Below, one piece after another: positions 9,208 through 18,511 of a stretch of 64,000 bases of DNA. This DNA is from Alphaproteobacteria bacterium (lineage in GTDB: Bacteria > Pseudomonadota > Alphaproteobacteria > UBA7887): positions 3,360,001 to 3,424,000 of the forward strand of contig CBDCGL010000011.1 of assembly GCA_965216755.1 (NCBI GenBank), in the 5' to 3' direction. How positions within the stretch are numbered: position 1 is the first letter of the stretch; each line of letters begins with the position of its first letter. The notes under the pieces were generated by a model. That model searched no databases, was not told where the DNA came from, and saw nothing but the letters and a program-made list of their open reading frames with translations. Made by a program: the position numbers and the translations under genes.

Positions 9208-10237
9208 AACCCGCGCCATCCGGATCGGCGACCGGGTGATCGGGCCAGGACGTCCCTGCTTCGTCATTGCCGAGATCGGCATCAATCATGGCGGGGATGA
9301 ACATGTCGCGGCGGCGCTGATCGAGGCGGCGGCCGGGGCCGGCGCCGATGCGGTGAAGTTTCAAACCGTGTTGCCCGACGAAAGTTATCAGCCTGGCACC
9401 GACTCGTACGCCGCCTTTCAAGGATCTGTGCTGAGCGTAGCGGCGATGCAGCGGCTGAATGCGCGCGCCGAGTCACTGGGTATTGTGCCGTTTTCGACAC
9501 CCGGCGGATTTGGCGCCTTGGATTTGATGGTCGAATCGGGCATGGCGGCGATCAAGATTTCGTCGGGTCTGTTGACCAATGGTCCATTGATCGAACGTGC
9601 CGCCGCCACGGGGTTGCCGCTGGTCCTGTCGACGGGTATGGCCGCCTGGGACGAAGTTGAGGCTGCGATCCGCACCGCGGAACAGGCCGGCGCCCACGAA
9701 TTGGCCGTTCTGCAATGTACGTCGCTTTATCCGGCAGCGGCCGAAACACTCAACCTCCTTGCTATGACAACAATGGCGCAATCAATCGAATATCCGGTTG
9801 GCTATTCGGACCATCATCCCGGTCACCTGGCTGTCGTGGCGGCGGCCGCGCTGGGCGCCAACGTGATCGAAAAGCATTTTACCTTGGATGCCGCGCGATC
9901 CGGGGCGGACCATGCGATTTCCGCTGAACCCGACGCATTCGCTAATATGGTCGCGGCGTTGCGTCAAGTGGAGGTGATGCGCGGCGATGGCGTGAAGGAA
10001 CCGCGCGCCGCAGAGCGGGCATTGCGCGATGCGCGCCATCGCTACTTGGTGGCCGCGCGTGGAATCGTTGCTGGCGCGGAGTTTGCCGCAGAGGACATCG
10101 CCTTGTTGCGTTGCCGGCCCGGAGTCGGCCGGCTTCCGGCCAATGCCTATCACACGGTCATCGGTGCGCGTGCACGCGCCGCGATCGCCGCCGGCACGGC
10201 CCTGGACGCGACGATGATCGAACGGCGCGGCGGCTGA
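9200..10237 (+). CDS. Nonulosonic acid synthase (NeuB/PseI/SpsE family) with C-terminal SAF domain
   Basis: AEIGINHGG, AVKFQT, LSTGM, QCTSLYP, GYSDH, IEKHFTLD. Confidence 0.92.
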   Translation: MPETRAIRIGDRVIGPGRPCFVIAEIGINHGGDEHVAAALIEAAAGAGADAVKFQTVLPDESYQPGTDSYAAFQGSVLSVAAMQRLNARAESLGIVPFSTPGGFGALDLMVESGMAAIKISSGLLTNGPLIERAAATGLPLVLSTGMAAWDEVEAAIRTAEQAGAHELAVLQCTSLYPAAAETLNLLAMTTMAQSIEYPVGYSDHHPGHLAVVAAAALGANVIEKHFTLDAARSGADHAISAEPDAFANMVAALRQVEVMRGDGVKEPRAAERALRDARHRYLVAARGIVAGAEFAAEDIALLRCRPGVGRLPANAYHTVIGARARAAIAAGTALDATMIERRGG

Positions 10238-10239
10238 CC

Positions 10240-11274
10240 GTGCGCGTGATGATCACCGCCGCCGGCGGCGCATTGGCAACCCAGACGATTGCGTGCGCCA
10301 AGACCAGTCAGCGTTATGCGATCGATGTGGTTGCGGTGGATTTGGATGACATGGCCCTTGGTCGTTACGCGGCGGATATTTTCGCCACGGTGCCGCGCGG
10401 CGATGCGCCTGGCTATGTTGACCGGGTCTGCGCGTTGGTCGCGGCGCACGACGTCGAATTGGTGCTGCCCTGCTCGGATGAAGAAGCCCTGGCCTTGGCG
10501 GCCGAACGCGCGCGCCTGACCGCATTGGGATGTGCGCTCGCCTGCGCCGATATCGAGACCTTGCGCCTGATGGCCGACAAAGGGCGCGCCTATCAGCAAT
10601 TGCGCGCCGCGGGCCTGCCGGCACCGGACGGCCGCTTGGTCAAAACCGCAGCTGCGCTTGATGATGCGATTGATGTCTTTTTCCGCCGCGAAGGTGCGTT
10701 TGTTGTCAAACCGCCGTCCGGCTCGCGCGGCGGCCGCGACACGTTTATCATCCACCAAGACGTGCGCGGCGCGCGGCCGTTTTTCGGCGCGCGCGAATTG
10801 GAGATGGATTTCGATACATTTCGAAGCGATTTTCGATCCCGGGCGTTGGAACGCTTGCCGGTCTTGGTCTGCGAACGCTTGGTGCCGCCGGCTTACGATG
10901 TCGATGTGCTGGCACGCGACGGGGTTGCTTTGCGCGCCGTGCCGCGACGGCGCCTAAATCCGGCCGGCGTCCCCTATCGCGGTTATGTGGTCGAAGCGCG
11001 GGACGATCTGGTCGATTTGGGCCGGCGCACGGCGGCGGCGCTCAACCTGTCATGGTTGTATGATTTCGATGTCATGCTCAGGACCGACGGCACGCCGGCC
11101 ATTCTGGAACTCAATCCGCGCCCAAGCGGCAGCTTCGCGACCGCGATCGTCGCCGGACAACCGTTGATCGACGATTTGGTGGCTTTGGTCAAAGGCGACG
11201 AGATTGGCGCCGCGCCACCGCTGCCACACAGCCTGACCATTGTTCCCGAGACGCTGTTGAAGGTGGTCAACTGA
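10240..11274 (+). CDS. ATP-grasp domain ligase
   Basis: VMITAAGG, LPCSDEE, DKG, VVKP, ELNPRPSGS; GTG start just after the NeuB-like stop. Confidence 0.8.
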   Translation: MRVMITAAGGALATQTIACAKTSQRYAIDVVAVDLDDMALGRYAADIFATVPRGDAPGYVDRVCALVAAHDVELVLPCSDEEALALAAERARLTALGCALACADIETLRLMADKGRAYQQLRAAGLPAPDGRLVKTAAALDDAIDVFFRREGAFVVKPPSGSRGGRDTFIIHQDVRGARPFFGARELEMDFDTFRSDFRSRALERLPVLVCERLVPPAYDVDVLARDGVALRAVPRRRLNPAGVPYRGYVVEARDDLVDLGRRTAAALNLSWLYDFDVMLRTDGTPAILELNPRPSGSFATAIVAGQPLIDDLVALVKGDEIGAAPPLPHSLTIVPETLLKVVN

Positions 11275-13295
11275 CCCACACTGTTGGCATCGTTCAAGCT
11301 CGCATGGGATCGACCCGACTCCCCGGCAAGGTGTTGGCCGATATCGGCGGCATGCCGGCGATCGGGCACCTGCTGCGCCGCGCCGGGCGGGCCCGGCAGG
11401 TTGACGCTTTGTGGCTGGCCTGTAGCACGGCCGCGGCCGATGATCCGTTGGCGGATTATGTGCGTGGCCTGGGTGTCTCGGTTTTTCGCGGCGACGAACA
11501 CGACGTGTTGAGCCGCTACGCCGCGGTCGCGGCGGAGACTCGTGCCGATGTCATTGTGCGGCTGACCGGCGATTGCCCCTTGATTGATCCGGCCGTGATC
11601 GATGCTGTGGTGGCACGTTTTCACAGTGCCGATGTCGATTTCGCTTCGAATACACTCCAGCGCAGCTATCCCGACGGTCTCGATGTCGAGGTGTTTGGCC
11701 GTGACGCTTTGGCGCGCGCCGATCGCGAAGCGCGTGATCCGTTCTTGCGCGAGCATGTCACGCCCTATATTCATGGTCGCCATAAAGAACGCCTGCCGTG
11801 GGGCTATTTCAGCCATGACCAGGTTGTTTTCGAAGCCGACTTCAGTCACCTGCGGTGGACGCTGGATACGGCCGCCGACTTGTATTTTTTGCGCCGTTTG
11901 GTCGAACGCGCCGGTGCCAAGGCCAGCTGGCTGACATTGCTCGCCGCGTCGAGCCAGTCGCCGCCGCTCTATCACAGTGTGCCGGCCGTGCCGACCGCAG
12001 TCCGCCAACCACGCACATTCGAACAGTCCAACCGAATGTTCGAACAGGCCTCGCGGGTCATTCCACTTGCCAGCCAAACTTTTAGCAAGAGTCACCAGCA
12101 ATGGGTGCGCGGCGCCGCGCCGCTGTTTCTGACCCGTGGCGACGGCTGCCGCGTGTGGGACATCGACGACAATAGCTATATCGATTTCGTCCTCGGCTTG
12201 CTGCCCGTGGTGCTTGGCTATCGCGACCCAGACGTTGACGCTGCGATCCGCGATCAGCTCAACCAGGGCATCACGTTTTCGTTGCCCCATCCGCTCGAAG
12301 CCGAGGTTGCCGCGCGTTTGGTTGATCTCATCCCGTGTGCGGACATGGTGCGCTTCGGCAAGAACGGCTCGGACGCGACGACGGCGGCCGTGCGCCTGGC
12401 GCGTGCCCATACCGGCCGCGACAAAGTCGCCTTATGTGGCTATCACGGCTGGCATGACTGGTATATCGGCACGACCACGCGCGGCGATGGCGTGCCCGCC
12501 CCGGTGCGGGCGCTCTCGCATGTCTTTCCCTACAACGATCCGCAGGCCCTCGACGACGCTCTGGCGGCGGACCCGGACGGTTTCGCGGCGGTGATATTGG
12601 AACCCGTTGGTGTGCAGACGCCGGCGCCGGGATTTCTTGATCATCTTCGCGCCGTGACCGCTCGCTATGGCGTCGTGCTCATTTTCGACGAGATCATCGC
12701 CGGATGTCGTGCCCACATGGGTGGCGCCCAGGCTGTTTATGGGGTGACGCCGGATCTGGCCGCGTTTGGCAAAGCCATGGCCAACGGCATGCCGCTGTCG
12801 GCCGTTGTCGGCCGTCGCGATATCATGATGGGCATGGAAGAAATATTTTTCTCGGCAACGTTTGGTGGCGAAACTTTATCCCTGGCCGCCGCGCGCGCGA
12901 CACTGGACAAACTCGTGCGGCTGGACGGTCCCGATCGGCTGGCGCGCTTGGGCACCGACTTGGCCGACCGCGCCAATGCCCATTTCGCTGCGCACGGTCT
13001 AAATGAATGGCTCGGCATTGCCGGCGCCGCGTGGTGGCCGCGTTTGGCCATCACGGCGCCACCGGTGCCCATGAATGTGATGGTCAGCCTGCTGCGTCAG
13101 GCGTTCGTCGCCAATGGTCTGTTGCTCGGCGCCAGCCTTAATCTGTCGCTGGCGCACGACGACACAGTCGTGATCACGCATGTGGACCAGGCGTTCAACA
13201 GTGCGTGCGCGCAAGTGCGGGCCGCGCTCGACAGTCGCGACCCGGCCACGCAGGTACACGGCGCGTTGGTGCAACCGACCTTTGCCGTGCGATGA
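11271..13295 (+). CDS. Fusion: SpsF-type cytidylyltransferase + class III (GSA-aminomutase-like) aminotransferase
   Basis: IVQARMGSTRLPGKVL, RLTGDCP, YPDGLDVE, REHVT; then KNGSDAT, YHGW, LIFDEII, FGKAMANG; homology extends upstream of ATG 11304 to CTG 11271. Confidence 0.88.
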   Translation: MTHTVGIVQARMGSTRLPGKVLADIGGMPAIGHLLRRAGRARQVDALWLACSTAAADDPLADYVRGLGVSVFRGDEHDVLSRYAAVAAETRADVIVRLTGDCPLIDPAVIDAVVARFHSADVDFASNTLQRSYPDGLDVEVFGRDALARADREARDPFLREHVTPYIHGRHKERLPWGYFSHDQVVFEADFSHLRWTLDTAADLYFLRRLVERAGAKASWLTLLAASSQSPPLYHSVPAVPTAVRQPRTFEQSNRMFEQASRVIPLASQTFSKSHQQWVRGAAPLFLTRGDGCRVWDIDDNSYIDFVLGLLPVVLGYRDPDVDAAIRDQLNQGITFSLPHPLEAEVAARLVDLIPCADMVRFGKNGSDATTAAVRLARAHTGRDKVALCGYHGWHDWYIGTTTRGDGVPAPVRALSHVFPYNDPQALDDALAADPDGFAAVILEPVGVQTPAPGFLDHLRAVTARYGVVLIFDEIIAGCRAHMGGAQAVYGVTPDLAAFGKAMANGMPLSAVVGRRDIMMGMEEIFFSATFGGETLSLAAARATLDKLVRLDGPDRLARLGTDLADRANAHFAAHGLNEWLGIAGAAWWPRLAITAPPVPMNVMVSLLRQAFVANGLLLGASLNLSLAHDDTVVITHVDQAFNSACAQVRAALDSRDPATQVHGALVQPTFAVR

Positions 13296-13768
13296 CCGTG
13301 ACCCTACGCCGCGCCCTGGCCACGGATCGCGATCAGCTCTTGGCTTGGGTCAACAGTCCGGATTCCTTGGCTGGCAAGCTACGAACCATGGGCCCCATCG
13401 CGGCAGCCGACCACGCACAATGGTTCGCGGCGCGCCTCGCGGATGACGACTGCATGATTTGGATTATCGAGCGAAACGATACCGCCGTTGGCCAAATCCG
13501 CCTGGAAAAAGATGACGTGGGCCATGCCGTTGACATCTATGTCGTAGCGGCCGCACGGCGCCATGGCTGTGCGGTGTCGGCACTGCGCCAAGCGCTCGAC
13601 ATGCATTTCGCGGGTCGGCCGGACAGTCGTGTGGTTGCGCGGATCAAACCGGACAACATCGCGTCACGACGCCTGTTTGAACGCGCCGGGTTTCAGCTGA
13701 CGGCGGATGGCGACGATCATCTGATTTACGCGCTACGGCCGCCCAAGATCGCGGGGGATGTCCCATGA
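13292..13768 (+). CDS. GNAT N-acetyltransferase (PseH-like)
   Basis: LRRA, HAQWF, VGQIRL, RRHG, NIASRRLFERAGF; ATGA coupling. Confidence 0.82.
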   Translation: MTVTLRRALATDRDQLLAWVNSPDSLAGKLRTMGPIAAADHAQWFAARLADDDCMIWIIERNDTAVGQIRLEKDDVGHAVDIYVVAAARRHGCAVSALRQALDMHFAGRPDSRVVARIKPDNIASRRLFERAGFQLTADGDDHLIYALRPPKIAGDVP

Positions 13769-14439
13769 CCGCGGCCGTGATTGTCGCCCATCCCGACGAC
13801 GAGGTTCTGGGCTTCGGTGGAGTCATGGCTCGCCATGCCGATGCGGGTGAGGCGGTGCATGTGATGTTTTTGGCGACCGGCCTCGCGGCCCGTCATGAGA
13901 CCAACACGGTTGACGCTGGCGCCCTGGCGGCGCTGCGCGATCAGGCTCGTGCGGCCGCAACAGTATTGGGCGCACACCCACCTGACTTCGCTGATTTTCC
14001 GGACAATCGCATGGACAGCGTCCCATTGCTCGACATTGTCCGCGCCGTCGAAGGTTTTCTCACCGCGCATACGCCAACCACCGTCTACACCCATCACGGC
14101 GGTGACCTGAACATCGACCACGCTGTTGTTGCGCGCGCGGTACTGACCGCCTGTCGGCCGCTGCCCGGTGGGTCGGTTCGTGCGCTCTACGCGGGTGAAG
14201 TGCTGTCTTCAAGCGAGTACGGTCACCCTGACGCCCGGTTTGTGCCCCAGCGTTATGTCGACATTGATGCGCAATTGACGCGCAAATGTCAGGCCCTGCA
14301 ATGCTACCATGACGAGCTGCGGTCATGGCCGCATCCGCGATCCGTCGCGGCCGTGACCCATTGCGCGCGGCTGCGTGGCAGCGAATGCGGTGTGCCGGCA
14401 GCCGAAGCATTTCAACTTATCCGTGCGGTCGAGATTTGA
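13765..14439 (+). CDS. PIG-L/LmbE family N-deacetylase
   Basis: AHPDDE, FPDNRMD, THHGGDLNIDH, PHPRS, AEAF. Confidence 0.9.
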   Translation: MTAAVIVAHPDDEVLGFGGVMARHADAGEAVHVMFLATGLAARHETNTVDAGALAALRDQARAAATVLGAHPPDFADFPDNRMDSVPLLDIVRAVEGFLTAHTPTTVYTHHGGDLNIDHAVVARAVLTACRPLPGGSVRALYAGEVLSSSEYGHPDARFVPQRYVDIDAQLTRKCQALQCYHDELRSWPHPRSVAAVTHCARLRGSECGVPAAEAFQLIRAVEI

Positions 14440-14556
14440 ACCTTTGCATGTTGCGCTGCCGCAAATCCTCTGGGCAATTTGGTCGGGACCGAGTAGGGTG
14501 CGCGGCTGTCCGATGACTTATTTGTCTAGTCAGAGCCGTCGAAGAGGATTGTCAGC

Positions 14557-15477
14557 GTGATTGGTTTGGGGCCAATCGCGTATGAAATCCCGCGCCGGCG
14601 TATCGCGAATATCGATCGCCTAACGGCGTTGAACGCGTCGGAGCAGCTGCTGCATGACAAGATCGGCGTTATGGAAGTAGCGCTTAAAGAGCCCGATGAC
14701 GAGTCGTCCGATCTGTGTGTCAAAGTCGCGGACAAGCTATTCGCCAGCGGCGTGATCGAACCAGCAGACGTCGAATGCGCGATCGTTGTCACCCAAAATC
14801 CGGATGACCACGGCTTGCCACACACCTCGGCGGTGGTTCACGACAAGGTCGGTTTGCCGGACCGTTGCGCCGCCTTCGACATTTCACTGGGATGCTCCGG
14901 GTTTGTTTATGCGTTGTCGGTGATGCGGGCGTTCATGGTCGAGAATGACCTGCGCCGCGGTCTGCTGTTTACCGCCGATCCCTATTCCAAGGTGATCGAC
15001 CCGACGGATCGCAATACGGCGATGCTGTTTGGCGATGGCGCGGCGGTGACGCTGATTACGGACGAACCGACATGGATTCCCGGCAAGTTTGATTTCGGCA
15101 CGCGCGGCGCGGCGCGCGACACTTTGCGGGTGCAGCCGGATGGCAAGCTTTTTATGAACGGCCGGGCGGTGGCGCAGTTCAGTGCCACCGAAGTCCCCCG
15201 CAGCATCGAACGGGCGATTACCGCCAACGGTCTGACATTTGACGATATCGACCGGTTCGTGTTGCACCAGGGGAGCCGTTACATCGTTAACGCCATTTCC
15301 AAGCGCCTGGGGATCGAAGACCGCACGGATTTCACCGCGCAGGAATTTGGCAACACGGTGTCGTCGTCGATTCCGATCGCCCTGGCGCGGGATTTGAAAG
15401 CCGAAGACCGGCGCGTTCTCATTTCCGGTTTCGGTGTCGGCTTGTCGTGGGCGACAACTGTTCTTGAGCGGGTCTAG
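14557..15477 (+). CDS. 3-oxoacyl-ACP synthase III (FabH-like, KAS III)
   Basis: Cys-His-Asn triad in LGCSGF, LHQGS, GNTVSSS; FGDGA, MNGR, GFGVGLSW; SD GAGGA before GTG. Confidence 0.9.
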   Translation: MIGLGPIAYEIPRRRIANIDRLTALNASEQLLHDKIGVMEVALKEPDDESSDLCVKVADKLFASGVIEPADVECAIVVTQNPDDHGLPHTSAVVHDKVGLPDRCAAFDISLGCSGFVYALSVMRAFMVENDLRRGLLFTADPYSKVIDPTDRNTAMLFGDGAAVTLITDEPTWIPGKFDFGTRGAARDTLRVQPDGKLFMNGRAVAQFSATEVPRSIERAITANGLTFDDIDRFVLHQGSRYIVNAISKRLGIEDRTDFTAQEFGNTVSSSIPIALARDLKAEDRRVLISGFGVGLSWATTVLERV

Positions 15478-15501
15478 GCGCGATCCGTCAATCAACCTGA
15501 A

Positions 15502-17346
15502 ATGTCCGGTTTGTGTCTTGTGGCGGGTGCGGCCGATGCGGCGACACGCATTCGTGGCCCGTTGGCGCGCTTGGGGGCGGATGGGACACCGTCGACCCAC
15601 GTCGGCGCGCAAATCGCGATCGGCGTCGTCAACCGGAACCGCCTGGGCGTTGGCGCGACACTCGAAACATTCGCGGATGGCTTGGTCGTCGCGCTCGACG
15701 GTGAGATTCTGGATGATGGGCTGGACGGTCAAAGTCCGTCGGCGCATGTGGCAGAACTCTATGCGGCCCAGGAGCTGGACAAGTTGGCGTGGCTCAACGG
15801 TTCTTTCGCGGTGGCGATCTATGATCCCGCCCGCGCGACCGTGGTGGCCGCGAGCGATCGATTCGGGTCCCGGAGTTTGTTCATTTGGCATGACGGCGTC
15901 CGACTATCGATCGCCAGCCGTCTGGCCGTTTTGCTGGCCGACGACCGCGTGCCACGGCGGCTGAGCGGCCAGGGGATCACGGAACTGCTGCGCTTTCAAC
16001 GCACGGTCGGCGACCATACCCAATATGCCGATATTCGCGCTTTGCCGGCGGCCGCCGTGTGGTTGTTCGCCGACGGACGTGTAACCCGGCGGCAATCTCG
16101 ACGTTTGGCTTGGCGGCGGCCCGACTTTGATCAACGCGAAGGCGCCCAGCTCTTGGCAGCGGCCATGCGTCGGGCAACCGCGCGCGCGGCAACGGCGGCC
16201 ATGCCGGGGCTGCTGCTGTCGGGGGGCCTCGACGCCCGTTGGGTGATGGTCTGTGCACGCGCCGAGGGGCGCACTTTGTCATGTCTCACCACGGCCACCC
16301 ACGACAACGACGAAGTCGCGATCGCGCGCGCCAGCGCGGCGCGCGCGCGCATGTCGTTTCGGTTTGTGCGCACGCCGCCGGATTCGCTACCGACGGTTTT
16401 CGACGCGGCAACGGTCGCGTCCGACGGTCTGTTTCAGGCGCCGATCAACCTTTACGGATTGCTGCCGGCGGCGGCGGCCGAACATGATGTCTTGTTGTCC
16501 GGTCACGGGCTCGATTATACGTTCCGTGGCTATTATTTGCCATGCAAGTCGATTCGTTTGGGTCGTTCGACGACACGTTTGCCAATGTTGCAGCCGGTGC
16601 CGGATGGCAGGCCGGCGACCGTGCTGGCGTCGTTGCGCGTGTCGCCGGCGGCGGCGGTGGCGGGGCGCCTGTTGCGCGGCGCCATGGCCGAGGCCTGGGA
16701 CGACCGCGCCGAAAGTGCAATGGCAACGGCGTTGGCCTATGCCGACATCGAGGATCCGTACAACGCCTGGGATGCTTTTATCCTTCATTGCCTAGGCCGG
16801 CACTATGCGTACTCGGATTTCGTTGCGATGCAATCGGTGGTCGGCCATCGCGCAGTGTGTTTTGATCATGCGGTGTTCGATCTCTATTTGGCGATGCCGC
16901 CGGCCTGGCGCGCATCGGGGCGCATGGCCCATGCCGCGATGATGGCGGTCGGCGCGGATTTGATGGGGTTGCCGGATGCCAACAGCGGCGTCGCCGCGCG
17001 CCACCCCTTCGGCACCCAGTTGGCACTGGCTTATGGCCGCGCGGCGTTGCGTCGCCTGGGTCTGCTGCGCACGGGGCCGCTGGGCGCGGCGGCGGAGACG
17101 CGGGGCTCGTGGGCGGACTATGGGGTCTTGCTCAGGGCTAACGCGGACATACGCGCGCGGGCGGAAAACCTGGCAACCAACGCCGCCCTGTTGGACAGCG
17201 GCATGTTCGACGCCGCCGGTGTGCGGTCGGTTGTCGCCGACCACATGGCTGGGCGGGCCAATCATAAACGGGTGCTGTTTCAACTGATGACGCTGGCGTC
17301 ATGGCTGGGGACCCACGGTTATGACCGCGCCGATCTCGCCGCCTGA
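15502..17346 (+). CDS. Asparagine synthetase-like amide ligase lacking the N-terminal catalytic Cys
   Basis: DGEI, LNGSFA, SDRFG Ntn-like domain; PP-loop LLSGGLDAR, LLSGHGLD; begins MSG rather than MCG. Confidence 0.8.
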   Translation: MSGLCLVAGAADAATRIRGPLARLGADGTPSTHVGAQIAIGVVNRNRLGVGATLETFADGLVVALDGEILDDGLDGQSPSAHVAELYAAQELDKLAWLNGSFAVAIYDPARATVVAASDRFGSRSLFIWHDGVRLSIASRLAVLLADDRVPRRLSGQGITELLRFQRTVGDHTQYADIRALPAAAVWLFADGRVTRRQSRRLAWRRPDFDQREGAQLLAAAMRRATARAATAAMPGLLLSGGLDARWVMVCARAEGRTLSCLTTATHDNDEVAIARASAARARMSFRFVRTPPDSLPTVFDAATVASDGLFQAPINLYGLLPAAAAEHDVLLSGHGLDYTFRGYYLPCKSIRLGRSTTRLPMLQPVPDGRPATVLASLRVSPAAAVAGRLLRGAMAEAWDDRAESAMATALAYADIEDPYNAWDAFILHCLGRHYAYSDFVAMQSVVGHRAVCFDHAVFDLYLAMPPAWRASGRMAHAAMMAVGADLMGLPDANSGVAARHPFGTQLALAYGRAALRRLGLLRTGPLGAAAETRGSWADYGVLLRANADIRARAENLATNAALLDSGMFDAAGVRSVVADHMAGRANHKRVLFQLMTLASWLGTHGYDRADLAA

Positions 17347-18511
17347 TAACCGCAGCGCGCGTGTGCTGCACGTCGACATCGAAGGCGGCTGGGGCGGCTC
17401 GTCGCGCAGTTTGTACGAACTAATTCGCTGCCTCGATCGGCGGCGGATCGTACCGCTGGTCGCACACCGTCAGCGCGGACCGATCGAGGCACGGTACCGG
17501 GCCTTGGGCGTCCCGACCGCGCATGTTCCGACGATCGGCTCGTTTGTGCCCCGGGCCGAGAAATGCGCGCGCAATTTTGTCGCGTCGCTGCCGCGTTTGG
17601 CCAAACTGCCGACGGCCGCTGCGCAACTGACGGCGCTGGCCCGGTCGCACCGGGCGGACCTGATACATCTCAACTATGAAGGTTTGTTCTTGTTGGCACC
17701 GAAGCTCAAACGCCGCCTTAACCTGCCGATCGTTTGTCATTGCCGCGCCTTGTTGCCGACCAATCCCTGGGGCCGTTGGCTTGCTAACAAATTGCGCCAA
17801 TGCGCGGATCATCTGTTTTTTATATCGCCGCAAGAGGCTGAGCGTTTCGCCGAATTGGTCGATCATCAACCGCATCGCGGCACGGTGGTCTGGAACATCG
17901 CCGGCGGCGTCGATACGCCGCAAACCATGGCGACGCCGCCGGAAGCGGTTTATCTGGGCAGTATCGATCCGTTCAAAGGCACCGACCGCTTGATCGATAT
18001 TGCGGTCGCTTTGGCGCGCGCCAAGTCGCCCCCATTGATCATTGCGGTCTATGGTGAAAATCGCGCGCGGCCCGGCTATCGCGCCGCCCTGGAACGTCAA
18101 GCGCGCGATGTTGGCGTCGCCGACCGGATCGTGTTTCGTGGGCATACCGCCGAACCGGAACGCGCGATTGCCGGTGCCTTGGCAGTGATCCGGCCGTCGC
18201 GCGGCAATGACCCCTGGGGGCGCGACGTGATTGAGGCGACGGCGTTGGGTGTGCCGGTTCTGGCCACCGGCAGTTATGACGGCGTCGTCGCACCAGGTCG
18301 CACGGGTTATTTATATGATCCGTTTGATGCCGACGCCATGGCTGCGCAGTTAGTGCGCATGGCCACGAATCCGACACATCGCGCGCAGCTATCGCAGGCC
18401 GCGCGCGCCAAAGGGGCGGCACGGTTCGGCGGCGGCGCCCAGGCCCGGACGGTCACGGATATATTTCTTGAACTCGCCGCCTTGCGCGACACGGATAAGG
18501 CTGCGGCATGA
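17321..18511 (+). CDS. Glycosyltransferase family 4
   Basis: GGSSRSL, KG, DPWGRDVIEA, GVPVLAT, GRTGYL. Confidence 0.85.
   Translation: MTAPISPPDNRSARVLHVDIEGGWGGSSRSLYELIRCLDRRRIVPLVAHRQRGPIEARYRALGVPTAHVPTIGSFVPRAEKCARNFVASLPRLAKLPTAAAQLTALARSHRADLIHLNYEGLFLLAPKLKRRLNLPIVCHCRALLPTNPWGRWLANKLRQCADHLFFISPQEAERFAELVDHQPHRGTVVWNIAGGVDTPQTMATPPEAVYLGSIDPFKGTDRLIDIAVALARAKSPPLIIAVYGENRARPGYRAALERQARDVGVADRIVFRGHTAEPERAIAGALAVIRPSRGNDPWGRDVIEATALGVPVLATGSYDGVVAPGRTGYLYDPFDADAMAAQLVRMATNPTHRAQLSQAARAKGAARFGGGAQARTVTDIFLELAALRDTDKAAA

Noticed and set aside
10983-12410. Long antisense ORFs (475 aa here; also 52760-54112, 54329-55360, 61167-62192)
   Set aside because: Shadow frames of GC-rich genes with clear motifs on the other strand; no recognisable domains
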